A DNA stretch of 64,000 nt from Eledone cirrhosa (Eukaryota). The DNA lies in assembly GCA_964016885.1 (NCBI GenBank), contig OZ024741.1, forward strand, positions 181,474,001 through 181,538,000. Direction: 5' to 3'. The translations under genes were made by a program, and so were the position numbers. This document shows positions 26,201 to 40,059 of this stretch, in pieces; the stretch's first letter is position 1; every line of letters starts with the position of its first letter. The notes under the pieces were generated by a model, which worked only from the letters and a program-made list of their open reading frames with translations, made no database searches and was not told the DNA's origin.

Positions 26201-26731
26201 GACCCATGGATAACTTCCAGAGGTCCCTGGCCTGGCAGTGCTACCGAGGGGCTCTACCCGTTCGAGAAAGGCTCTACAGACACGGGCGCCCGGGTAGGGA
26301 CCCGCCAAAAAGATCTGTCCCAGATGCGTGTGCAACGAGGAAACCGTTGCACACGCATTGGTACACTGCTCGGGCGTAGCCGATCTGTGGGGCTATGTCG
26401 AACAACTGCTGTCAAGGGTGGGACCGATCCGGTTGACCACCGAGTCTATTGTAATGATCAAGCCGCCTCCCCCTTCAAAGATGAAGGAGAGGCGGTGTTT
26501 CTGTGCGTAATAGCCATGGTGAAAGAAGTTGTATGGTGGACGCGTCTAAAAGGACTGAGGTCAGGCACCTTTCTCTCTGGCCAACAACTGGTCCGTTTCT
26601 TCCGATATCATTTCGGAAGAAGGATCAGGATGGAGAGAGAGGTGCTCCACCCCAGTCGTTTTTATGAAAGGTGGGTGAAAGTGGCGAGAATGGCTCGTGT
26701 GAATGGGCCTTCTATTTACATAAGCCTGTAG
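23296..26731 (+). pseudogene. ORF2 APE + RT; premature stop at ~23719, frameshifts near the 3' end; 809-aa open segment
   Basis: NARGL, SDHK, RQGCPLS, AYADD, GGLG motifs. Confidence 0.92.
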
Positions 26732-27000
26732 GTGGAAAAGAGGAAGGAACGAGGGAGCACCCCCTCTCTGTGCTCCTGAGGAGAAGGGTTGCACACTTTT
26801 TCGGGGGGGGGGGGGGGTGCGAGCCCCCAAGGCGCCTCCTCTCTATTGAGGATTTTGTTATAAATTTTATTTTTTGTTATATTTTATTTTATTTTTATAT
26901 TTTGTTCTTGCCTCCTCCTTATTGAGGACGCCTTGTTTTGTAAACTCCCCCCATTGTACTTGTCCCACTTTTGATGCCCTGGTGGCAAATAAAAGAAACA

Positions 27001-27046
<46 letters not shown>

Positions 27047-27047
27047 A

Positions 27048-27094
<47 letters not shown>

Positions 27095-27095
27095 A

Positions 27096-27162
<67 letters not shown>

Positions 27163-29823
27163 GTGTAGAAGAGGCAATTAGAAGCGGTGACGTGGCCAGA
27201 GTGCTAGCGTCGAGAACGGCCCTGGGCCAGTTCTTCGACGCGAAACACGAAGGCTGCATCGTCCCAAGCAAAATACGTGCTCTGGACCAAAGCTGTTAGC
27301 TCGGCCCGCGTGATGCGAGGCTTTTCAAAAGCACTTTGCCGGATTGTTCGGAAGGGGCGGGGGGCCGGTTGGGGACGTGGACTTCGGTCCATACCTCGAC
27401 GGCCTGCCGCGTCTCTCGGACAGGGAGGCGAAGTCCTGCGAGGAGCCGATTTCAGCCGCTGAGATAGAGGACGTGCTGAGTCAATGCGGCAAACGCAAAT
27501 CCCCGGGTCTCGATGGTCTTCCATACGAACTATATCTAGCTATGCCGGACTTGTTCCCCGATCTCTTCGAGGCGGTCTACTACAACTGGCAACAGAACGG
27601 GAGAATTCCCTGTGCTGTGACCAATGGCGTAGTCACGCTAGTGAGGAAGGACTAGAACAAGGGGACGATATAAATAATTTCAGGCCCATAACTCTGCTAA
27701 ATACAGAGTTACAGATTTTGGCCAAGGTGCTAGCAAAGAGGTTGGCGCTTGTCGTGGGCAACCTGGTGGGAGATGCGCAGACATGTGCTATCCCGTCCAG
27801 GTCCATCCACGATAACCTTCACCTCATGCGATACATCATAGAGAGGGTTGGGAACGAACCCGGCTTTGGTGGGGCCCTGATCAACTTGGATCAATCTAAG
27901 GCATTCGATAGGGTCGACCATGGTTACCTGGATGCGGTGCTAGCGGCGGCAGGCTTCGGACCCGTTTTCAGGGGCTGGATCAATGCCATGCACAGCAGCC
28001 GCATCTGCTCTAGGGTCAAGGTGAACGGCTACCTCTCGGAGCCGTTCGAAATCGCGCGGTCCATCCGACAGGGGTGCCCTCTCTCCTCCCTTCTGTATGT
28101 AATGACTCTAGAGCCACTGCTGCGGAAGTTGGAGTTGTTGCAGGGCATCCCGTTGGAACCGGGATTGCGGAAAGCGGTGTCAGCCTACGCCGATGACGTA
28201 ACAGTAATGGTGTCGACGGCCTCGGAAATCGGGGCGATCGGCACCTTACTGGAGGAGTACGAAAGGTTTACAGGGGCTAAGCTGAACCGGGACAAGTCGA
28301 TCGGTCTGCAACTCGGCACATGGAGGGGCAGATCGATGGTGTCGTCGGGCGCTGGACGGAGGACCCGGTGAAGTTGCTCGGGGTCTGGTTCGGACCATAC
28401 CTCCAGGTGGAGAAGAACTGGGGTGATGTGACGAACAGGGTGTTTGCACTGACCCAGAAGTGGGCCGAGTGCAAACTGTCCCTGAAAGGTCGGGCGGAGG
28501 TGGCGAACACTTATATAGCGTCCGTCATCTACTACCGCCTGACCGTTGGCGCCTTGCCCAAGGGCAACGCTCGCCAAAATGGAGCGCGCACTCTTCCAAT
28601 TCCTTTGGAAGAAGCGGGCTCCTATGGTGAGGAGATCCATCTGCTGTCAACACCTTTCGAAAGGAGGGCTGGGGATGCCGTGGCTAATGATACGTAAACA
28701 CGCATTAAGGCTACGGCACCTTCAGGTATTCCTCTCCGGTCAACCGGTGTGGGCCCCGTTTGTGAGACGAGCCTTTCCCAGACTCGTCTCACTCACCGAG
28801 CTGCAATCCTGGGTCAAGCAAAGACCGAGAAAACTGGGCGCCTGGCACACCGAGTGTGCCCAGGCACTCACGGCTCTCTTGCAGGTGGACCCGGCTGTCA
28901 GTGGAGAATCCACCTCGTCATTCTATAGAGGGCTGGTGGTTAGCAGGTGCGACGACGCCCTCGGAGATGCCCTAGGCATGGAGGAAGACGAACTGGCCAA
29001 CCTGTTCGGTAGGACATTCAGCCCGGGATCCATGGATAACTTCCACAGGTCCCTGGCCTGGCAATGCTACAGAAGGGCTCTGCCCGTTCGAGAAAGGCTC
29101 TACAGACACGGGTGCCCGGGTAGGGACCCATCGAAAAAGATCTGTCCCAGATGCGTGTGCGACGAGGAAACCGTTGCACACGCACTGGTACACTGCTCGG
29201 GCATTGCCGATCTGTGGGGCTATGTCGAACAACTGCTGTCAAGGGTGGGACCGATCCGGTTGACAACCGAGTCTATTGTAACGATCAAGCCGCCTCCCCT
29301 CTTCAAAAACGATGGAGAGGCGGTGTTTCTGTGCGTAATAGCCATGGCGAAAGAGGTTGTATGGTGGACGCGTCTGAAAGGACTGAGGTCAGACACCTTT
29401 CTCTCTGGCCAACAACTGGTCCGTTTCTTCCGATATCATTTCGGAATAAGGATCAGGATGGAGAGAGAGGTGCTGCACCCCAGCCGTTTCTATGAAACAT
29501 GGGTGAAAGTGGCGAGAATGGCCCGTGTGAATGGGTCTTCACTCTACATCAGACTATAGGTGAGGAAGATGAAAGACCAAGGGAGCACCCCTTCTCTGTG
29601 CTCCTGAGGAGAAGGGTTGCACACTTTTTTCGGGGGTGTGTGCGACCCCCCAAGGCGCCTCCTCACTATTGAGGACTTTGTTATAAATTTTATTTTTTGT
29701 TATATTTTATTTTATTTTTATATTTTGTTATTGCCTCCTCCTTATTGAGGACGCCTTGTTTTGTAAACTCCCCCCATTGTACTTGTCCCACTTTTGATGC
29801 CCTGGTGGCAAATAAAAGAAACA
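27163..29823 (+). mobile_element. Tx1/L1-clade retrotransposon, copy 3 (5'-truncated, same subfamily as copy 2)
   Basis: Starts mid-ORF2 directly after (TATC)n; RT motifs; 3' UTR nearly identical to copy 2; followed by TATC(TC)n. Confidence 0.92.
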
Positions 29824-29885
<62 letters not shown>

Positions 29886-32800
29886 ACGTTTAAAAAAAAT
29901 GGCTGAAGCAACAACTTCTTCACCAACATTCGAAGGAGGAAAGGGGAAGATATGCTTACAGCTTCCCGCTTCCAATGTCATAGTAGCAGATGTCTCAGAC
30001 AAATGTCAGACAGAGAAAGGAATTTGTTCACCTGCTGACCAACAACTTGACGTTGCCATGGCAACAAACCAAAACCAAAATTGTGAAACAATGAACAAAA
30101 ACAACACAACCGGCACCACCAGCAACAACAACAACGAAGACAACAACAATAACAAGAACAAAAACAACTCCAGCACAAACCAAAACAACCTAACACACCA
30201 AAAGAAAAAAAAAACTTTTGCAGAAAGCCTTACCAAAGAGACAGAGTTTATAGAGATAGATCGTTCAAACCAAGGGCAGCACCTAAAGGACGCTGCACAA
30301 CATATAACTTTCGAAGGAAACGGCTTTCGAATAAGTACCCCACCGGAAATTAGGGCTGCGAACTTAACAAAAACAATTTTATTCCTGACGATCTGCTCAC
30401 AAACCGAGAAACCGATGGCTTTAAGCAATAGCACGGTGGAAACCGCGCTAAAGGAGGCAATGCCAGACATTGCTTATCTCCAGAGGGCCAAGCAGTGCGG
30501 GAGCATCTCGGTGCTCTTTAAAAGCGAGGCCCTCGCCCAGAAATATTCAGTGGCTCCATTTAGAACGAGCCAACACATCTTCTTCCCAACATACATGGGA
30601 AGAAGAACCCATAAAATAAGGGTCTCCAGATCCCACCGAACACCAACACTTGTTGGATCCTGGGTGGCTTTTTGGAGGAGGGTGAAGACAACCTCCTCTC
30701 TGTAGAAAAATCAATCCGACAGAACTGGAGCGGGACCTCAGTTGAGCTTTTAGTTCAAATGAAACCGGAGAGGATTGACAAAATACCGGAAAGGGTGCCT
30801 GTGGATGATAACCATGTTGTCCACATGGCAGTGGAGGGCAAAAGACCACAATGTTTCAAATGTGGAAAAAAGACACATTTAAAAGCATTTTGCCCAATGC
30901 TGGATGTGGAAAAACAAGAGAAGGCGTTGTTGCCAACCCCAAAACTACAACAGACACACCCGAAAACAAAAAATACAACCCCAAAACCATCAACATTCAC
31001 CCAACTATCACAAACCACAAAAGACACCACACCAAACATTCTCCTGAAGGACTCTGTCCCACCCCTTCCCCCTCAGTCCAACACTCCCACAAACACACAC
31101 ACAAACACTCCACCACCACACAAGATACCCCTCCTACCTACCCACAATGATAACACCTCAGGCACGGGAACCTCAACATCTCCAAGTGAGGATGAAGATG
31201 AACCCAAAAAATCCAAGAAGCAAAAAATACAAAAAAAAAAAATACAACAAAAAACATCAACTGAAAACACGCTCACATCCAACATTGACATAAACATACC
31301 GCCACAAACGACAACCAAACCAACAACACAACCAGACACTTCACCAACAAAACAAACACCCACACCACCACAATCACAAACCGCAACCACAAAAAGAAAA
31401 CTACAAACAGAAACAGTACACATAAAAAACAAAACACATTACACATACATAAAAACAAGAAACAAAGAACTGGTGGAAACTGTCCGAAAGGACCCCACGA
31501 TACAAACGGAAGGGAAAATCTTCCCCACCAACGACCCACCTCCAAACCTCAAACTTATCAGGGTAACAACCCTACAGTACGAAACTTTAAAAGAGAACTT
31601 CTCACATGATGTGGGCCCCCCTTGCCCAAAACCCCTTAACCGTGTCCTGCTAAAAGGATTCCCTCCTTCCCCAAGCACCACCAATCTGGACTTGGAGATC
31701 GAACAACCCGACCTGCAGGAAACGAAAAGGTAAGTGTTCCTGCCTTTTCTCTCCCTAACTCTTCTTCACCAACATGGCGACTATACAAGCTGGATGTTTG
31801 AATGTACGTGGCCTGGGCATGTCCTGAAAACAGGGCCAGCTTTTAAATGATCTCAGGTCACATTGTATAGATGTGATAGCCATCACTAAGTCCAGGATTC
31901 ACGACAAGCAGCAGCTAACCCCCATATTCGATGATTTTGAGATCTACGCATCTCTCTGTCAGCCAGGAGGTGGAGGGGGAGTTGCTGTTCTGTTTCGAAA
32001 AAACTTGGATCTCAAAATACAGACGATTCACTTGGACCCGGTGGGCAGCTTGGTGGTCCTGGACGTGAATGGTAGTGAAGGTGGAGCTTTCAGACTGGTG
32101 GCCGTATATGTCCCGATTGGGACATCGCGACCAGAGTTCTTCAAGCGTCTGGAGCCATTCTTGGGAACGTCTCGCTCCTTAGTGTTAGCGGAGGACTGGA
32201 ATGGCATCTTAGACGCACGTTGGGACTATGTAGGAGCTTGTGATAATAGAGGGAGGGGTAATAGCCTCAAAAATCTCATCAGCCAATTCCAACTGGCTGA
32301 TAGATATCGACTAGACTTCCCAAGTGCACCAGTGTGGACGTGGAACAACCGCACTGGGTCTTCTAGATCGTAGTTAGATAGATTTTTAATTAGACAGAAT
32401 GATAAGGAAACATTAAACTCTACGCCGCTGCGGGAAACGCAAGTCACCCGGTTTAGATGGTCTATCCTATACGTTTCACATAGGCATGCCAGACTTGTTC
32501 TCTGGCGTCCTCGAAGCGGTCTACTGCAACTGGCAGCAGAACGGGAGGATTCCCAGTACTGTAGGCAGAGGCGTAGTAACGCTGATCAGGAAAGATGAGA
32601 ACAAGGGGGATGAGATAAGCAATTTCAGGCCCATAACTCTGCTCAACACAGTGTTAGCAGCGAGGCTGGCGCTTGTCGTCGAAAACCTGGTAGGGGAAAC
32701 GCAAACGCGTGCAATCCCGACCAGGTCCATACACAACAACCTCCACCTGATGCCATGCATCATAGAGAGGGTAGGGTGTAAACCTGGCTTCGGTGGGGCT

Positions 32801-33534
32801 CTGATCAATTTAGATCAGTCTAAGGAATTTGATAGGGTCGACCATCATACTTGGCAGCGGTTCTACAAGGCGTCCGGCTTCGGTCCAGTCTTCAGAGGCT
32901 GGATCTCTGCCATGCACACCAGCATCTGCTCGGCAGTCAAGGTGAATGGTTACCTATCGGATCCATTCCAAATCATGCGTTCCATCCGTCAGGGATGCCC
33001 CCTCTCCTCCATTCTGTATGTACTGACTCTCGAGCCGTTACTGCGGAAATTGGAGCTGTTGCAGGGCATCCCGATCGAACAAGGACTGCGGAAAGCGGCG
33101 TCAGCCTATGCCTACGACATAACCGTAATGGTGTCGAAAACCTCGGAAATCGGGGTAATCGGCAACCTATTACAGGAATACGAAACGTTGACAGGAGCAA
33201 GACTAAACCCAAACAAGTCTGTCGGTTTGCAACTCGGCACATGGAGAGGCAAACCCATGCCTTCCGACAGTGTCGTTGGACGCTGGACGGAAGGACCAGT
33301 GAAATTGCTCGGGGTCTGGTTTGGGTCTCGGGATCTGGTGTTGAGTGTTGTTCTATCCAAGGGGTGTAAAACAACTCTGCAGTAACGTTCACCCATATTG
33401 GGAATTTGTTATTTTATTATATATAGTTTATTGTTATTTATTAATGTTAAAGTTATATGATTTTTATGTAAAGCCCCGCCGTCACGTCTTGTAATGTCCC
33501 ACTTTTGTACGCCCCTGTGGCTAAGAAAGAAAGA
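29886..33534 (+). mobile_element. Tx1/L1-clade retrotransposon, copy 4 (5' UTR truncated, two internal ORF2 deletions)
   Basis: ORF1 29899-31733 (CFKCGKKTHLKAFC); ORF2 from 31774 with deletions at ~32420 and ~33325; 3' end tgtggctaagaaagaaaga + tatctatgtatctatc. Confidence 0.9.
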
Positions 33535-33783
33535 TATCTATGTATCTATCTATCTTTCATCTTTCTTCTTGAGAAAGATGAACAAACCTGCCTCACCACT
33601 TAATTTTAATTCTTTTTAATTGTAATACTTAACGTTTGATAATATGGATTTCACTAATACATCGAAACCGATTATATTTTATATATTTTATACACATTAT
33701 ACAACTCTTTATTTAAAATAATTGTCCCTCTCAAGAAAAAAAGAAAAACAGATCTTTCAATAATTTTCCGTGCTATTTCCAAT

Positions 33784-33895
<112 letters not shown>

Positions 33896-33917
33896 TTATA
33901 TACGTATATATATATAC

Positions 33918-33976
<59 letters not shown>

Positions 33977-35352
33977 AAATATAATTCGCGGCACTGATGT
34001 TGCTTTTCTCCTGAAGATATGATCATATGATCGAAGTATTTCAGTTTAATTTGCGTAGAGTTTACCTTAATTCTAAGGTCTGCACTTGGTCATTTAACGC
34101 CGTGGAATTATTTTAGATTTTGTTTCCATGGTAACGGCCATCATTAATATGAGAAACCGAGAAAGTCAATGTGGAGGAGACATGCGAAATATGGAGTAGA
34201 AGCACACAAAGATGAAATAAATATGAAGGATAAATATTGATATTGGAAAATGTGGAGAGACGTAGACATATATATGCTTCTATCCAAATCAGGTTAAGCG
34301 TAATATCTCTATTTTCATATCTTCCTGCTCCTCTTGTCATGTATAATCCAATATTACCTGGAGTACACTCTTCAGTGATTTCTCATATCTATCTAAAAGC
34401 TATTCATATGAAATATTTTGAATCAGTGAGACACGGATTGTTTATTTTGGTTAAGTATCCACTATGTCATAAATATGTCTATATATCTATTGCAAATGTT
34501 TTTGACATTATATTAAACAATTTCACATTATAAGTTATCAATTTAAATCTTTTACAGCATAATGAAATTGGTTTCAAACTCGAATTTTTCTACTTTAAAA
34601 TTTATTATAGAACTGCAGGTACTATTTCAATTATTTTAAAGCTATTGAGTTGCAAATGACTTCTTCAATTTCCAAGTATGAAGTATCTAGAAGAATCTCC
34701 ATGGAACGATATATAAAAATAGCCTCTCGGTGTCTTGTGTGAATATGACGACTGAAATTCAGAGTCAAGTCAAGTTCTTCCTCGCAGATATATCACATTT
34801 ATATAGCTTACTGTTTGCTGTAAGTGTATGGTGTCACAATATTTAACATTGAGGTGTAATTAGAAACCCACTAGATTGTAGGAAAGAATCATAAGATATG
34901 GAAACACTTCTCCAACGCGTGCTTCTGTGTCATTGATAAATTGATGAGTATTACGTTAGTTTGAATTACTTGGTTAACTTCTTCCCCTACAGTCCTGGAA
35001 TGGTGATTACTATCGTCAGTAATACGATAATTTACGACTTGTTAAATATGACACACAAGCAGACGATATATAACCAAGTTTGGAAAACACGAATGAATTA
35101 CTAATAGCACCAAATATATACGACTCTTTCTTAAGATTAAAGGAACAAAGTGCCCTTCTAAGCTTAGATTTTTTCTTAGATATATTTGACAATTCTCGCG
35201 AGAATTAAAGTCATATTGATTTAATTACATCCATTTAATACGATAACAAATAAACATTTCATAATCACGATTTGTTTGAATTGTTCGCCTACTTTAACAT
35301 ATATAATTGTAAGAGTCAATATACCATCCGACAAAGATAGATGAATAGACAG

Positions 35353-35452
<100 letters not shown>

Positions 35453-37449
35453 GGGAAGACAAGCAGAAAAATGTGTGTGTGTGTGTAAGAGAGAGAAAGC
35501 GAGAGTGAGGGTGAGAAACGGGTAATCTAGTGAAAGGTGACTATTGATCGAAAACAATCACAGGATATTAAAAGCATACTTCTAACCCGGGGGGAGGAAT
35601 GGCGAAGATAAACTTATTAGTATACTCACCCCATATCTATCTATCTATCTATCTCTCTTTCTATATACATACATACATACATATATATATATACACACAC
35701 ACATACATATATATACATATGTATATATGTATATATATATATATATATATATACATATATACATATATATATTTACCAATGAACTGCATATAAACAATAA
35801 CTCTCACATTGCTACTAGGCTATAAAATGTCTTTGAGTTGCTGGGCGTATGGTGGTAGTGGGTTGTAATCGGTACAATTGATCCTTCTACAAAACTTACA
35901 CATATTCTACTGAGCTAGAAGGGATGTTAAACACAGTCAACCACTGCGAGATTATAAATTTATGTAACCAAATATTCCTTATTTTATTGCCTTTTTATAT
36001 TTTCACTTCACCGTCCATTGTTTAAAAAGAATGATTTGTTATATTCATTCAAATCCTCGAATTTGTTGGCGGGTTGGGGGAAATTTCGATTGAATTAATC
36101 CTGTAAGACTTAATCTGACCAGAACTAAGCTGGAGGTCATAAGGGAAAATAAAGTAGTGGGATTAATCTTTTCACTCTAATGGCTTTCTGTATGAATGCG
36201 AAAGCTGGACGCTTATTAATCACACAAAACGAAAATTCCAAGCGATCAACACCAGATGCTTTAAACATAAAGCTGCGACGCAACTCATAAAAAACACAAG
36301 ACTAAGAAATTTGGAAGCCAGCGTGCCATCAAATTTGATGGTAGGCATGAATCACCCATCGTTACAGTGACATGCCGAGGCACGTTTAATGCCATGGCTC
36401 TGTGTCGAAAATCATTATCTAGGGTACAGCTGAAGGAAAGCGAAGAAATCAGGCAAAGAAAATCCATGTCGTACATGAAAGAATAAATCCGATGATGGCC
36501 CTTAGATGATTGCTGTCTACCAGAGAGTCTAATGTAACATTCCAACGACTGGTTACACCAGTCAGGGCAAGATAAGAATGATACAACATAATTAGACTCG
36601 AAACATGGAGATATGAAACATTTTGAAATAGTAATTGAAATTGAAATTAAGATGTTTTTGCCAATCGCAAATTTCTTTATAGATTTTCTATTCACTAGTG
36701 TGGATGGGTTACCTAGTGGGTCAATGCTGGTCTGACGATCGTAAGTTCGATTTCCGGAGTGCGTGGCGTCTTTGAGCAAGACATCTTATTCCATGTTGCT
36801 CCAATCCACTCAGCTGGAACAAATGAGATTGAACAGCAGCTCTCACTTGCTTAATGCCAAGATAAGCTATGGCTCATAGATAGACAAACACTTATTTTTT
36901 TATTAACGGAAGTTGAAATGTGATAATGTAACATTCATCCCTTTCTCAAAGTCATTAGTGACACTATTCAAAAGAACTTATATCAACCGAGAATAGAGAA
37001 TATGTCACTGTCTGGATTAGTCACGATTTCAGCTTGTCCCTCACAGCTTGTCACACTCGTATGAAGCAATGATTTTTCACGGCCTTAAATATTGGAGACG
37101 TGTATAGTCAATTATAGTAATGACCAGGGACCTAATGGATAAGGTGTCCGACTCACGATGATAAGGACGTGGGTTTGATTCCTGGACTGGGTAGTAAGAC
37201 ACTATATTTTACGTTATCCCAGTCTACTCAAATGAAAATAAATGAGCACCAGTAGCAGGAGCTGGAGTTTACTCTGCGACGCATTAACAGAGAGGAGGCT
37301 TGTACTCTCTGTCGCTCAAAACCAAGGGAACCGCGTAAGCTCCAGCGTGATGAAGATCTTTAACTCCAGCTTTAGCAGTCAATTAAATCGACAACAGTAC
37401 TTGGTTGGTATTTTATATTATCGCTACCAGAAGTTGTTGATTTGAACTG

Positions 37450-38479
37450 AGTACATAAAGGACCTGGACAAATACCGTAAGTTCGATGCTCTAACATTTC
37501 TGCAATCCCGCTCTCCACATTATAAGAAATATTGATTTCTAAGATTGGTAAACAATCGCTTAACAAGAGGATCCCTCTGTAATTCGAACAATCTCTATTG
37601 TCTCTCTTTTTGAAAAATGGGATTATCACTCCCGATTGCCATTCAAGTCCAAGCTAGCTGATGAATAGTGCGGACGTAGACCAGCCGGCCAAATATCCAC
37701 ACTGCCGCAAGTCTTTGAGAAATCGTGGGAGTATTTTCAAGAAGTAGATTCTTGTTTTTTCGACCTTGAAAAGGCATATGACCACGTTCATCGGGACATG
37801 CTGTGGAAGATTCTGCATGAGTATGGGATCGATGGTCAGCTTCTTGCTGCCCTGATGTCTCTATACGAATGCCCAAGTATTTGTATCCGGATAAATTGAG
37901 CTAAATCGAAACCATTGAAAGTGGAAGCCGGACTCCACCAAGGGTGCGTACTGTCAGCTCTCCTGTTCACATGAATAGGATTGACACTCGCAGCTGGGTT
38001 GGAAGTGGTATCATGACTGGTGGGTGTAAAATCAGTCGGCTGGAATTTGCAGACCACATGGTGTTACTTAACTCGACAGAGTGCTACAGGGCTGAAATGA
38101 AAATCAGAGTGCGTAGTTCGTAGATCAGAGAGTAATTCCGCTACTTCTTCGAATTGAGAGATCACAGCTCCGATACTATGGGCATGCTGTTAGAATGTCT
38201 CAGGTAAGAATCACTGGACAGATTTTATGGGCGACAGGAAACTCAAGGGGAGATCTAGAGCAAGCTGTTTGGATAACATTCATGAGCTTGGCTGGTCATC
38301 CTTAGGGATCCAGCCGGATTAGTTGAAGACAATTGCTTCTGACAGGACCTGCTGGAAGGAGTGTTTGAGGACTCTGCATCCACGATCCTCTCAGGAATAA
38401 GTGGACGAAGAAGAAGAAGAAGAAGAAGAAGAAGAAGAAGAAGAAGAAGAAGAAGAAGAAGAAGAAGAAGAAGAAGAAG
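37450..38479 (+). pseudogene. Decayed RTE LINE with inverted 5' segment and (GAA)n tail
   Basis: Minus 37450-37640: IIPFFKKRDNRDCSNYRGILLLS; plus 37640 onward: DLEKAYDHVHRDMLWKILHEYG...GLHQGCVLSALLF; (GAA)n at 38407-38479. Confidence 0.8.
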
Positions 38480-38661
38480 AGCGAGTTCTTCGCCAGTAGT
38501 TAGTTCATGAACCATCGGAAAGTGGAAAGTTCAAGTCAACTCTGTTGCGATTTGAAATCAGTATGTAAAGAGAGTTATTGAAGGTCGCCAGATGTGTTGG
38601 CCGATTCTCGATTGCCTTCACACTGGTAAGAAATATGTATTTGATGATGATGATAATGAAT

Positions 38662-38699
<38 letters not shown>

Positions 38700-39743
38700 A
38701 ATGATAATGATGGATCCTTCGGCGGCTTCAATGATGAGCATTTACTTCTTCGATCAACTGAACGTCCACCTCGTCAGTTAACGTGTAAGTCGGTGAAGTA
38801 TTTCGCAGACAAGTGTATCCTTAGCGTAACTTCCAGGCCGAATCAGCGTAAAACATTATGGGAGAAATCTTGACTTTTGAATTATAGATACAGTCCATCT
38901 GATGGGCTTCTACACAGTTTGTACCTACCCAATGTCACTAACAAGGCTTGGGTGGGCCGGAGGCTAGAGTAAAGATGCTAGAACAAGATGCCACACAATG
39001 GAATCGGAACCTGGGACATCATGATTGCGTAAAGAACTTAACGATTCAGTCATGCCTACGTCCAAATATATAAAATGGTTGGCAGAATTATATGAACTGG
39101 GTGGCAGAATAAAGTATTTACTTGACAGGAAATATAATTGATAAGAATAAAAACTGGGAAAAAATATGTAATCGTACTAAGAAGATTATTCAAAGTAGAC
39201 ACATATCCATTTTCACTTGATTGTTTTTGTCTATATTTTTTCATTTCCAATCCTTTTCGATCCATTGACTATTCTTGAGTTCAAGATGCAGAAGTCAGTG
39301 TCTTCCATTTACTGTTTATTTTTGTATCATAATGTTCTTAATTTAACACAGTCACTGGTTGAAGAATCTTATCAGGAATTCTTTTGTGTTTATTGTTTAA
39401 TGTTTCTTTATTGTTATGTGAATAGAAGGATTTCGATTCCTACTGAATAATGTTAGCTTTCTTCTGAAATACATATGGTTATAATGCCGAAGTCAATAAT
39501 GGCACTTGACTCGCAGTCTGAGAGAAGTTTACTTAGTAGCCAAATTAGAGAGATGGTCGGGTGGTTGGTTGATTTGCAGACGTCACTTTTGCACTAAGTT
39601 TACGGATACAAAGTATTTAACTCTTCAGAACACACCTACACATATTTATTGACTCAATGACTTTCGCGCACGACTTTTTCCTATTTCTCTTTATCTCTCT
39701 ATCTCTAATTCTCTTATCTTCAGAAGCATACATACATGTACAG

Positions 39744-39855
<112 letters not shown>

Positions 39856-39948
39856 ACGAGGGAAGTATGGTAATGAACCAGATGGACCATAACGCACCAG
39901 AGTACTCAATACTTAGGGTAGTAGAGTGGGTAATAGAAAAATGTATAA

Positions 39949-39980
39949 CCCCGACGGCAGAGCTCAAGCCGTTTCGATGG

Positions 39981-39981
<1 letters not shown>
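39949..39981 (-). ncRNA. 3' half of a hammerhead, truncated by (TA)n
   Basis: GCCAUC-GAAA-CGGC uugagcucu GCCG-UC-GGGG: perfect stem III and GUC triplet; the CUGANGA half is missing. Confidence 0.5.
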
Positions 39982-40048
<67 letters not shown>

Positions 40049-40059
40049 GACTATATATA

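Larger units (their letters stand above)
21215..27000 (+). mobile_element. Tx1/L1-clade retrotransposon, copy 2 (full length, few lesions)
   Basis: Flanked by (TATC)n at 21131-21214 and 27001-27162; 5' UTR, ORF1, ORF2 and 3' end gtggcaaataaaagaaaca. Confidence 0.93.

Noticed and set aside
32415-32430. Internal deletions in Tx1 copies as splicing events
   Set aside because: Junctions show short microhomology rather than GT-AG boundaries
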